The position numbers and the translations under genes were made by a program. A stretch of 64,000 bases of DNA. Origin: Polyangiales bacterium. Lineage in GTDB: Bacteria > Myxococcota_A > Polyangia > Polyangiales > Ga0077539. This document shows, in pieces, positions 29,946-38,797 of the stretch; the stretch's first letter is position 1, and each line of letters starts with the position of its first letter. The stretch is from positions 160,001 through 224,000 of the forward strand of contig JBGARZ010000010.1 in assembly GCA_044229975.1 (NCBI GenBank), read 5' to 3'. The notes beneath the pieces are model-generated. The model ran no database searches, was not told the origin of the DNA, and saw only the letters and a program-made list of their open reading frames with translations.

Positions 29946-31526
29946 TCACCGCCTCCACGCGCGGACGCGCGCACAGTCGAGGAGCGGCCGCCCGTTGGGG
30001 TTGCGGTACGGCGCGACGCAGGTGCCGAGCAGCAGCGCGAGGTCCTTGACGTCGATGCCCGGGCCGCCGGGCTCGAACACGTAGTCGCCCTCCGGCGGAA
30101 CCGCGTCGAACACATGCCACTCGGGCCCGCTCGTGTCGTACCCGGCGAAGGCGATCTCGATCTGCGCGTGCAGCCAGCGCACCTCGCGCGACGTGAGCGG
30201 CACGCCCAGGTTGGCCGCCTCGACCATCAACTGAACGATGTCCTGCGGCTGCGCGTTGGCCGGCGACATCCCCGACTCGTAGACGTCGAGGATCATCTCG
30301 ATGCGCGCGGCGAGACCTTCGACCATCGTCCGCGCCACCGCGTTGCGGCCGGTGACCAGCGCCAGCGCCGCCGCGGCCTCGTGGTGCGTGCGAACGATCT
30401 GCATCGCGGAGCTGTTGATGCCCGGCGTCGGGTCGCCGCTCACGCCCGTCGGCGTCGGACAGCGCGCCCCGAGCGGATCGAACTGCCACAGCAGCCGTAT
30501 CGCGATCTGCGCGTGGCACTCGATGCCGGCCGTGACGAAGTAGTTGGCGAGCTGCCCCGTGGGGATGACCACCGCGAGGCTCGGGTCGAGGGTGGCGATG
30601 CGGAAACCGTCGTTCTCGACCCGCATCGCCCACTGTTGATAGAGCTGACGCATCTGGACGAGGTCCTGCTGGGCGCCGGGCTCCGTCAGCATGCCGTCAC
30701 ACGCGTCGAGCGCCGCGACGCCCCGCATGATGTGACCCATGTCGTCCTTGCTGCGCGGGTTCTGTATCCACAGGTCGCCCCAGGTCGGGTTGTCGGGAAG
30801 ATGAACGAAGCGCGACGCGCCGCCGTCGACGCCGGGACGGTTGGGCGCGTAGTTGATGTCGATGTTGCGCGCGACGTCGCGGACGCTGGCCGGGTAGGAC
30901 GCGCGCGTGAGCAGGCCCACTTCGAGATCACCGGGGCGGCGCACCGTCGCGAGGCGCCACGACGACATGCCCCGCATCAACCGGCGCACGAGGTGCTGGT
31001 CGTTTGCGTTGCGATAGAGCAGCCACGCGTAGCAGGCGCCTTCGAGGAGCTGCGGCGTGCGGAGCCCGTTGTTCTCGGCGCCGACGTCGACGTGCTGGAA
31101 GGTGCGACGGCCGCCTGAGACGGAGATGCCGGTGCCGCTCCACCACGTGGCGTACCAGTAGCGCCCGCCAGGGGCGGACTCCGGCCAGCCGTGCACGCGC
31201 GCGTCGACGTAGTCGAACCAGCGGGTGCGTTCGAGGAGCGCGAGGTAGTGGTCGGTCACGGTCGCGAGCTCCGCCGCGGTCACGGGGCGGCCAACGTCGG
31301 TGCGCCGATAGTCGAAGGGCAGCGCTCGCAGGTGCGGCGGGAAGGTTCCGTTGGGTGGGGCTGGCGGCGTCGCGTCGGGCGCGGGCGCAGGGGCGTCGTC
31401 GGCGACGGTGGCGGCGTCGATGGGCGCGTCCGCGACGTGGGCGTCGGTGGCGACGTCGGGCGTGGTGGAGTCGGTGCAGGCGATCCACCCGAGTGACGCG
31501 AGTCCCAATGTGGCGAGCGACTTCAT
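29946..31526 (-). CDS. Hypothetical lipoprotein
   Basis: Signal peptide with IAC lipobox, Asp/Ala/Pro linker, GC3-biased codons. Confidence 0.75.
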   Translation of the reverse strand: MKSLATLGLASLGWIACTDSTTPDVATDAHVADAPIDAATVADDAPAPAPDATPPAPPNGTFPPHLRALPFDYRRTDVGRPVTAAELATVTDHYLALLERTRWFDYVDARVHGWPESAPGGRYWYATWWSGTGISVSGGRRTFQHVDVGAENNGLRTPQLLEGACYAWLLYRNANDQHLVRRLMRGMSSWRLATVRRPGDLEVGLLTRASYPASVRDVARNIDINYAPNRPGVDGGASRFVHLPDNPTWGDLWIQNPRSKDDMGHIMRGVAALDACDGMLTEPGAQQDLVQMRQLYQQWAMRVENDGFRIATLDPSLAVVIPTGQLANYFVTAGIECHAQIAIRLLWQFDPLGARCPTPTGVSGDPTPGINSSAMQIVRTHHEAAAALALVTGRNAVARTMVEGLAARIEMILDVYESGMSPANAQPQDIVQLMVEAANLGVPLTSREVRWLHAQIEIAFAGYDTSGPEWHVFDAVPPEGDYVFEPGGPGIDVKDLALLLGTCVAPYRNPNGRPLLDCARVRAWRR

Positions 31527-31634
31527 CGCGTCGGCCGATCATGCGCGCGCTCGAAGCAGGCGACTACCTCGACGTGGCATCGCCTGGGTGGGGCAGACGC
31601 GTTACGGCGGGTGTGCCGAGGAGCACGGAATCGA

Positions 31635-32060
31635 TCAGCCGCCGATGCGGAGGCGATGGCGGGGGACGACCTCGTTCCACATCTCGTCGTAGCCCGTGTA
31701 GTGGATGCGGACGTTGTCCCCTTCGACGGCGATGACCTGCGCGTCGAACCAGCTCGCGCCCCACTGCGCACGCACGGCCTGACCCACGCGAAGGCGTGTG
31801 TCTCCCATCACGAGGATGCCGTGCTCGTCACGCTGCACCACGGGCGCGGGCCGCACGAAGACCGGCGCGGGCCGCACGAACACGGGAGCAGGTTGGACGA
31901 ACACCGGCGCGGGTTGGACGAACACCGGCGTCGGCCGAGCGAAGCCCCGCCCACGGAAGCGGTGCTGCGCCGAGGCGTCGTGGCCGAGCAGGACGCTGGC
32001 CCCGAAGGTGGCGAGGGTGACGATCACGAGGCCGAAGGAGCGAGAGAGGGAGTGGGTCAT
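31635..32060 (-). CDS. Secreted protein with PAPVFV(Q/R) repeats and C-terminal Tudor/Agenet-like domain
   Basis: Signal peptide; 21-bp repeats about 31839-31934; GQAVRAQWGASWFDAQVIAVEGDNVRIHYTGYDEMWNEVV; RBS GAAAGGA. Confidence 0.75.
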   Translation of the reverse strand: MTHSLSRSFGLVIVTLATFGASVLLGHDASAQHRFRGRGFARPTPVFVQPAPVFVQPAPVFVRPAPVFVRPAPVVQRDEHGILVMGDTRLRVGQAVRAQWGASWFDAQVIAVEGDNVRIHYTGYDEMWNEVVPRHRLRIGG

Positions 32061-32115
32061 GGCGACGTTCCTTTCGGGTCGCGGCGGCGTTGCGTCGCGT
32101 CCCGGGAACCTCTTG

Positions 32116-32131
32116 AGCAGCCCTCGTACCA
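32116..32131 (-). promoter_or_regulatory. Putative sigma-54 (-24/-12) promoter
   Basis: Minus strand TGGTACGAGGGCTGCT has GG-N10-GC spacing, 55 bp upstream of the ATG at 32060. Confidence 0.5.
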
Positions 32132-32220
32132 GGCAGGAATCTTCGAGAAACCAAGCGTCTGGTGGGGGTGCCGATGCGTGGCGTCGGCGCCCCGTGGGTG
32201 GCGTCGACGCGTCCGCCCGC

Positions 32221-33549
32221 CTACTGCGCTCTCGTCGGCGGAACCAGGCTCGTCGCCGTCGTCAGCGTCTGGATCGACAGGTTCTGCAACGACGTCCGCA
32301 GCCTCGCTGCCAGCGTCGCCTGCGCGGGCGCCCGCGGCGCCGACGCGTACGTGCCCGCTTCGAGCTCGCCGATTACCCGCTGCACCTCCTCCACAAACGG
32401 AACCGTCGCGATCGACGGCACCCGCCCCGGCGGCGGCGCCATCCCCGATGCGGGCGCGGGCACCACCGCGTACCCGCCCGGAATCGCATCCGCGGGCCGC
32501 GCACCCGGCATCACGGGGATGCCTTCGAGCTTGATGACCGACGCGGGCGTGGGCCTCGTCCCCGGGTTGGCGCGCAGCGCGGCCGACCAGTCGTCATACA
32601 TGACCAGGTACTTGCTCGACACCACCAGGTAGGGGATCTCCTCCTTGTTGGGGGCCGCCTCCCAGCGCTCGCGGAAGTCCTTCTTGTAGCGATCCGAGGC
32701 GGGCGCGTGCGCGAGCACCGTGCAGCCCGTCGACCAGTTCTTCACCTTCCCGGCGTCGCCGTAGTCCATCGACCAGTGGATGTGGATGGTGGTGTTCTGC
32801 TCGTCGGTGCAGAACAACCAGTTCTGGTCGCCGTTCTTGTCGTGGCCGCCGATGGTCGCGTCTTCGATGTTGGTGAAGGTGTTCCTGGTCTTCGTCGCCT
32901 CGCGCGCGAGTCGCACCGTGGGCGCCGTCCCGGAGTACACCTGCAACGCCCCAGCGGTTCCCTTGTGGTTCGTCGGCTTCGCCTTGTAGGGGTAGCCCTC
33001 CAACAACAGCGGCGTGCCCGTGGTGCTCGCCTCGTTGAAGCCCGGGTCGATGGTGCAGCGAAACACCTCCACCTGCTGGTCGAGCTCCTGACCCTCGTTG
33101 GTCCACACCATGTAGAGCAGGTCGTTGAAGCGGACGATGGAGTTGTTCTTGTCGCCCGACTGCGCGACGCCCTCGTCGTCACGCGTGAAGCGGTCGGCGT
33201 TGCGCTCTGGCGCCGAGAGGTCTTGCGTCGCCGCGGTGTCGCTCACCGTGCGCCCCGCCGCGCGCTCGCGCGCCAGCATCTGCGCCGCGTCGGCCCCGGC
33301 TCCGTCCGCGAAGGTCGACTCCCGCACCGCGAGCAGCGCCACGTCCTTCAGCCCGGCCGGAACGGTCCGCCCGAACGCCCGATACACCAGCTCGACCCAG
33401 TTGTAGACCGAGTGCTCCACCACGGCGCGCGCGTTGCCGTTGGGCGCGCCCTGAAACGCCCCGTTGGTCTCCTGCCCGCTGCGCGCGGCCGGCGTCACCA
33501 CGTGGTCGGGTCGGCGCCTGGGCCTCGGAGGTGTCTGACCGTCGTTCAT
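32221..33549 (-). CDS. Putative T6SS cargo effector with L,D-transpeptidase-like His/Cys motif
   Basis: 11 bp downstream of PAAR; no signal peptide; IHIHWS...NWSTGCTV. Confidence 0.6.
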   Translation of the reverse strand: MNDGQTPPRPRRRPDHVVTPAARSGQETNGAFQGAPNGNARAVVEHSVYNWVELVYRAFGRTVPAGLKDVALLAVRESTFADGAGADAAQMLARERAAGRTVSDTAATQDLSAPERNADRFTRDDEGVAQSGDKNNSIVRFNDLLYMVWTNEGQELDQQVEVFRCTIDPGFNEASTTGTPLLLEGYPYKAKPTNHKGTAGALQVYSGTAPTVRLAREATKTRNTFTNIEDATIGGHDKNGDQNWLFCTDEQNTTIHIHWSMDYGDAGKVKNWSTGCTVLAHAPASDRYKKDFRERWEAAPNKEEIPYLVVSSKYLVMYDDWSAALRANPGTRPTPASVIKLEGIPVMPGARPADAIPGGYAVVPAPASGMAPPPGRVPSIATVPFVEEVQRVIGELEAGTYASAPRAPAQATLAARLRTSLQNLSIQTLTTATSLVPPTRAQ

Positions 33550-33560
33550 CGCGCTCCGCC

Positions 33561-34100
33561 TCAGTCCGACTTGTATTTCTGCAGCGGCTTGAGCACCAGC
33601 ACCGCCGCGTCCTTACACAACCCCGTAACCGTCGTCGACCCGCTGAACTCCCGGTCGACCCACTTCCTGTGCGGACACACCACGTGCACGGTGGCCTTCC
33701 CGATGGCCCGTCCCATCGCGTCCGTGTAGTCGATGTCCATCGTCTGGTCGTGCGCCACCGCCACGCTGCTGCCGCTCGCGAGGTCGCCAATGAGGACGTT
33801 GCCGCTCCCGCTCACGAGCTCGCCGTCGCCGCCGCAGTGCGCCACCGCGTCGCCCACCCGGTGCGCCTTCTGCCCGTTGATGAACACCGCGGGCGCCCCG
33901 CCCACCGCCTGCCACTGGTTGGGCCCGCAGCACGCGCCGTGCGCCCCGCGATCGCCCACCCGCAACGCCTCGCGCCCGTTGATCTTCACGTCGGGCGAGC
34001 CCTCCACCGCGCCGCCGATCACGTCGTGCGGACACGCCGGGCAGCCGTGCGAGTCCGCGGGGCAGTGGGCGTCATCGCCCTTCCTTCCGGCCTTTGCCAT
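33561..34100 (-). CDS. PAAR-domain spike tip protein with C-terminal extension
   Basis: HGCPACPH, GSPDVKINGREALRVGD, VFINGQKAHRVGD, GSGNVLIG. Confidence 0.9.
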   Translation of the reverse strand: MAKAGRKGDDAHCPADSHGCPACPHDVIGGAVEGSPDVKINGREALRVGDRGAHGACCGPNQWQAVGGAPAVFINGQKAHRVGDAVAHCGGDGELVSGSGNVLIGDLASGSSVAVAHDQTMDIDYTDAMGRAIGKATVHVVCPHRKWVDREFSGSTTVTGLCKDAAVLVLKPLQKYKSD

Positions 34101-34117
34101 CGGGTGCCTCCGTCCCC

Positions 34118-36130
34118 TCAGTTGATCTTCACGACGCCGCCGCGGATGACCACCTCCTGCTCGCCCAGCACCGTGATGGTCTGCGACGACAGGGTGATGG
34201 AGTCCGGCGTCATCACGATGGTGCTCCCGCCGCACTCCAGCACGATGCGACCGTCGGCGCGCACGTAGCAGGTCTCGTCCACCTGCGTGCTCATGCCGCG
34301 CGAGCCGTGCACCGTGATGTCGAGGTTGTCGGTCACCTCCAGCGAGTCGTTGGCCTTCACCTGCGTCGTGCGGTTCTTGTCGATGGTGTTCTTCTCGTTG
34401 CCCTTCACCGCCTTGGTGCGGTGCTTGCCGACGGTGAGCGCCTGGTTGTTGTCGACCTTGGTGCTCTGGTCGTGCAGCACCCACTCGTTGAGGTCCTTCT
34501 GCGCGCGGAGGTAGATCTCCTCCTGGTCGGCGAGGTCTTCGAAGCGCAGCTCGTTGTAGCCGTTGCCGCCGGGCGTGCTCCGCGTCTTGATGACGCTCTT
34601 GCTCTTCTCGCCGGGCAGTCCGTACGGCGTGTGGTTCTCGCCGTTGTAGGCGCAGCCCGTGACGAGCGGCCGGTCGGGGTCGCCATCGAGGAAGGTCACG
34701 ATGACCTCCATCCCGATGCGCGGCGTGAACACGAAGCCCCAGTTGGGCCCCGCCCACGCCTGCGCGACACGCACCCAGCACGACGAGTGCTCGTCCTCCT
34801 TGCCGAGGCGGTCCCAGTGAAACTGCACCTTGATGCGCCCGTGGAAGTCGGTGTGGATCTCCTCGCCGGGAGGGCCCACCACGCGCGCCGTCTGCGACCC
34901 GCTCACCACCGGCCGCGCCGTCACCTTCGCCGGCCGAAACGGGACCGCCGCCGGGATGCACTCGAAGGTGTTCACGTAGCGCCGCACCTGCTGCCGCTCG
35001 TTGGAAGAAACCCCCGCGTCCTTCAGCGCACCGAGCAGGTGCTCGCTCGCGCGGACGTCTTCGGGCAGATCGCTCCACGCCTGCACGACGTGCTCGACGC
35101 GCGTGATGAGGTAGCGCCCGTCGCCGTCGGCGCGGTGGTGGCCCGCCACCTCGAATACACCGCCCGGTAAGAACCCGGTGACGTTGCCCGCGCCGCGTCC
35201 GGTGCGCGTCGCGAGGTGCTCGCCCTCGTGACGAACGCGCGCCTGCCGCACGCCGTCGTGGGCCTCGTGGGTGTTGGAGCTTTCGTTGTACTGGTAGATG
35301 TCGAGCCGCGACGGGTGGTCGTAGACGGGGCGCTCGCCCTTCGGGCCGGGGTGCTGCACCGTGAGCGAGAGCATCGCGCGCGGCTTGGTGAAGTCGTAGT
35401 CGCGCACCGTGCGACTCGTGGACTGCATCGCGGCGCAGCGATCGAACCACTGCACGCTCTCGCCGCGGTGGAGCTGGGCGCCTGCGTCGGTGACCGCGAA
35501 GGCTCCGCCGTCGATGGGCGCGACGTCGTCCCAGCGCGCCTGGTCTTCGGCAAGAACAAGCGTCTCACCGCCGTCGCCGTCGTGGCGGAAGTGGAAGGGG
35601 ATGCCCTCTTCCTGGAGGAGCCGCAGCACGAAGTCGAGGTCGGTCTCGTGGTGTTGCAGGCAGTAGATGCGCGGCGGGAGCGCGTCGAGCGAACCCGGAA
35701 TCACCGCGCCTCCGTCGCCCTGATAGACCCCGGCCGTCTGGAGCACCTTGCGGACGATGGCGGCGATCGGGAGGTCCTGGAAGATTCGGCTGTCGACGCG
35801 CTGCGAGAGCGTCCAGAGCGCGGGCACCATGACGACGCGGACGTAGCGATGCGTGGCGGTGGTGCCGAGGTCTTCCACCTGGCGGACGACGCCCTGCACC
35901 TTGCGCGAGCGGTGGCCGCGGCGGATGTCGAAGACGGCGTTGGCGCCGAGCAGCCCGTCGGGCTCGTTGCCGGGCGTCGGGAGCGTGAGGACGAGGGAGC
36001 ACTCGTAGGGCTCCGAGAGGGCCTCGCGCAGTCGGGCGTAGACGACGATCCACGGGAGGCCGTCGGCGCCGGTGAAGTCCAGCGACACCTCGGGGAGGAT
36101 CGCGTCGGAGAGCAGGTCGGGAAGGTCCAT
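34118..36130 (-). CDS. vgrG: Type VI secretion spike protein VgrG
   Basis: SRIFQD, ETDLDFVLRLLQEEGI, GRIKVQFHWDR, SCWVRVAQAWAG, PRIGMEVIVTFLDGDPDRP, NELRFED. Confidence 0.96.
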   Translation of the reverse strand: MDLPDLLSDAILPEVSLDFTGADGLPWIVVYARLREALSEPYECSLVLTLPTPGNEPDGLLGANAVFDIRRGHRSRKVQGVVRQVEDLGTTATHRYVRVVMVPALWTLSQRVDSRIFQDLPIAAIVRKVLQTAGVYQGDGGAVIPGSLDALPPRIYCLQHHETDLDFVLRLLQEEGIPFHFRHDGDGGETLVLAEDQARWDDVAPIDGGAFAVTDAGAQLHRGESVQWFDRCAAMQSTSRTVRDYDFTKPRAMLSLTVQHPGPKGERPVYDHPSRLDIYQYNESSNTHEAHDGVRQARVRHEGEHLATRTGRGAGNVTGFLPGGVFEVAGHHRADGDGRYLITRVEHVVQAWSDLPEDVRASEHLLGALKDAGVSSNERQQVRRYVNTFECIPAAVPFRPAKVTARPVVSGSQTARVVGPPGEEIHTDFHGRIKVQFHWDRLGKEDEHSSCWVRVAQAWAGPNWGFVFTPRIGMEVIVTFLDGDPDRPLVTGCAYNGENHTPYGLPGEKSKSVIKTRSTPGGNGYNELRFEDLADQEEIYLRAQKDLNEWVLHDQSTKVDNNQALTVGKHRTKAVKGNEKNTIDKNRTTQVKANDSLEVTDNLDITVHGSRGMSTQVDETCYVRADGRIVLECGGSTIVMTPDSITLSSQTITVLGEQEVVIRGGVVKIN

Positions 36131-36237
36131 CGTCGCTCCAACGGGCCGCATCGGTGCGGCGGGGAGCGCGATGCTACGCGCAGGTCAGGGGCGTGGTCGT
36201 GGGAGATGAGACGGGGGGACGGATTTGGTGCCGCGGG

Positions 36238-36513
36238 TCAGTGACCGCCGCAGCCGCCGCCTTCGGGCGCGGCCGGGGCCGGAGCGCCGCAGCCACCGCC
36301 TTCGGGCGCGGGCGCCGGAGCGCCGCAACCACCGCCGCCACCGTTGGTGGGCATCTGCGCGGCGTTGAGCGTGTCGCCGTGCACGACGGCCGCCGGGGCG
36401 GGCGCCACGACGGTCTCGGCGGCGGGGCCCTCGACGGGCTCTTCGGTACGGTTGAGGGAGGCCCCCGCGAGGACGAGGGAGAGAGCGCCTGCGTAGCCGA
36501 TCCAGGTCATCAT
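36238..36513 (-). CDS. Small secreted peptide (91 aa) with three C-terminal GGGCG repeats
   Basis: Signal-like N-terminus MMTWIGYAGALSLVLAGA; tail GGGGGCGAPAPAPEGGGCGAPAPAAPEGGGCGGH. Confidence 0.6.
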   Translation of the reverse strand: MMTWIGYAGALSLVLAGASLNRTEEPVEGPAAETVVAPAPAAVVHGDTLNAAQMPTNGGGGGCGAPAPAPEGGGCGAPAPAAPEGGGCGGH

Positions 36514-36621
36514 GACTTGATGGGATACCCGCTCGGAGGGTCTGGCGTCCAGCCGAGGCGCGCAGGGGGTGACCGCCGCCGCTCCCATCGGAGACCAGAC
36601 CTGCGGTATGAGCCGTGCGCC

Positions 36622-38508
36622 ATGAACGCCCGCCGTATCCTCCTCGCCGCGAGCCTCGTCGTCGCCGGTTGCGCCACGGAGATCACCGCCGTCCCGACCC
36701 GTGATGCTGCCTTCGTGGAGGAGATCGTCCCGCCCGACATCGGCTTCGACGTGGGCTTCGATGTGCCCTCGGTCGACGTCGCGCCTGAGGCCGCGGTCGA
36801 TGTTCCTGCGGACGTCGTGGTGCCGCGCGATGCGCCCCCGGACGACGTCGACCCGGTCTGCGCCAACGGCGCGACCGACCGCTGCCTCTCCACTCCACCC
36901 GGTCCGTGCGCCGACCTCTCCGATGGGCGCGAGCACGTCGTTCGCTTCACGGGCTTCATGCAGGACCATGCGCCGAGCTGCGCTGGTGCCATGACGGGCG
37001 CGGGGCCCGACGCCGTGCTCCCGCTCACCATCACCCAGACCAGCGACGTGAACATCGCGGCCATGCCCGGCAGCACCGACGCCGTCGTGGTCGCGCTGCA
37101 CCGCGCCGACGGGTGCGGCGACCCGCGGCAGGAGATTCTCTGCGTCAACGGCAGCAACGCCATCGGCGCCATCGCGACCGCTCGTGCGAGCTCGCTCCCG
37201 CCCGGCCGCTACACGCTCACCATCGCGACGGCGCGCGGCTCCGACGTGCGCGTGCAGACCCAGGTGACCCCGGCGAGGGCGCGCCAGCCCGGCGACCTGT
37301 GCCCCGGCGTCGCGGTGGTTCCGGATGGTGAGCCCGTCGTCGTCGACACCAGCGGCTTCACCACCTCCTCGGACTACGGAACCACCTGCGGCTACTTCTC
37401 GACGCGCGCGCTCGGCTGGGCCGACGCCGTGTTTCGCTACACGCTGACCGAGGCGCGCGACGTCAACATCGACGTCTCCGGAACCACCGAAGAGCCCCTC
37501 TTCCTCGAAGTGTCGCCGGTGTGCGGATCGACCTCACAGGCCGTCCCCGGCTGCGACACGGGCGAGCCCAGCGCACCGGTGCATCGCACGCTCCGCAACC
37601 AGCGCCCCGGGACGTACTACTTCACCGTCGAGCACCACTTCGAGCGACGTCCCACGCACGTGCTCACGGCGCGCGTGACGACGGCGCCGCCGACGCTGCC
37701 GGGTCCGCGTTCGCGCTGCCCGGGTGAGCCGGTCGCGGCCGAGTCGGTGGCGAGCGCCGTGGACATCGACGTGCTCACCGCGGGTGACGCCATCGCGTGC
37801 CTGCCGCGGCAGCGGGCGAGCGGCTTCTGGACGCTGACGGCCCCGGCGGGTGGCGGCGATCTGCTCATCAACATGGCGACGTCGGCGGTGCGCGGCGACG
37901 CGGCGCTCCAGGTGCGCGACGCATGTGAAGGCGAGCCGGGGTTTGCGTGCGTGGGTCCTGAAGACCGGGCGGCGCGCTCGGTGTGGACGCGGCTCGCGGG
38001 CATCGCGGAGGGTCGCCGGCTCATCCTGCACGGCGGGACGAATGCGTCAGGCGGCGAGCTCGCGGCGCGGTGGTATCGGGTTCCGACATCGAGCCCGGTG
38101 GAGGTGACGGGCAACACGACCTGCGACATGGCGCGGACGATCCCCGAGAGCGGCGGGCTCTTCACCGGGAGCACCGCGACGGCGACGGCCATCTCGATGC
38201 CGCCGTGCGCGACGACGATGTCCGGCTGCAACGGAGCGCGCGGCGTGATGTACCGCCTCGTGCTGGCGGCGCGGCGTCGGGTGGTGGTCATCGAGCGCAG
38301 CGGGGCGTTCGACACGCTGCTGGCGATCCAGTCGGGCCCCACCTGCCCGGGGCGGGGGTTCTCGTCGATCTGCAACGACGACTGGTACAGCACCGACTCG
38401 CAGGTGGAGGCCGTGCTCGATCCGGGGACGTACTGGGTCTACGTCGCGGGCTGCGGCGCCTCGCAGGTGGGGCAGTACAGCCTCGACGTGGCGGTGCTGC
38501 CTCCGTGA
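36622..38508 (+). CDS. Cys-rich surface lipoprotein with repeated PPC-like beta-sandwich domains
   Basis: VAGC lipobox; GPDAV, DAVFRYTL, FDTLL, CNDD, LDPGTYWVYV. Confidence 0.8.
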   Translation: MNARRILLAASLVVAGCATEITAVPTRDAAFVEEIVPPDIGFDVGFDVPSVDVAPEAAVDVPADVVVPRDAPPDDVDPVCANGATDRCLSTPPGPCADLSDGREHVVRFTGFMQDHAPSCAGAMTGAGPDAVLPLTITQTSDVNIAAMPGSTDAVVVALHRADGCGDPRQEILCVNGSNAIGAIATARASSLPPGRYTLTIATARGSDVRVQTQVTPARARQPGDLCPGVAVVPDGEPVVVDTSGFTTSSDYGTTCGYFSTRALGWADAVFRYTLTEARDVNIDVSGTTEEPLFLEVSPVCGSTSQAVPGCDTGEPSAPVHRTLRNQRPGTYYFTVEHHFERRPTHVLTARVTTAPPTLPGPRSRCPGEPVAAESVASAVDIDVLTAGDAIACLPRQRASGFWTLTAPAGGGDLLINMATSAVRGDAALQVRDACEGEPGFACVGPEDRAARSVWTRLAGIAEGRRLILHGGTNASGGELAARWYRVPTSSPVEVTGNTTCDMARTIPESGGLFTGSTATATAISMPPCATTMSGCNGARGVMYRLVLAARRRVVVIERSGAFDTLLAIQSGPTCPGRGFSSICNDDWYSTDSQVEAVLDPGTYWVYVAGCGASQVGQYSLDVAVLPP

Positions 38509-38797
38509 CGTGGGGCCGGGGTTCACGGTGCAGGCTCCGCGTCTGTCGCGTTCCGTTCGCTCCGGTCAATGGTAGGGGGTCACCCCGTCGCTGCGCGACG
38601 GGGTTGCAGGGAACACCACCTCGATCCCTGTGGAAGATGGAGTTCGAAAAGAACTCAATCCTGCAACCCCGTCGCGCAGCGACGGGGTGACCCCCTACCC
38701 ACGCGATGTGCATCAGCCGGCGCCAACCTGTTGATTGCGCGAGCGAACTCCCGGCAGCCACGGGAACATCGGAGCTCCTACACACACGAGGTGCCCA

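Noticed and set aside
38513..38576. Outer 64-bp inverted repeat as the IS terminus
   Set aside because: The inner 26-bp TIR with CCTA duplication defines the IS; the outer repeat belongs to the pre-existing palindrome
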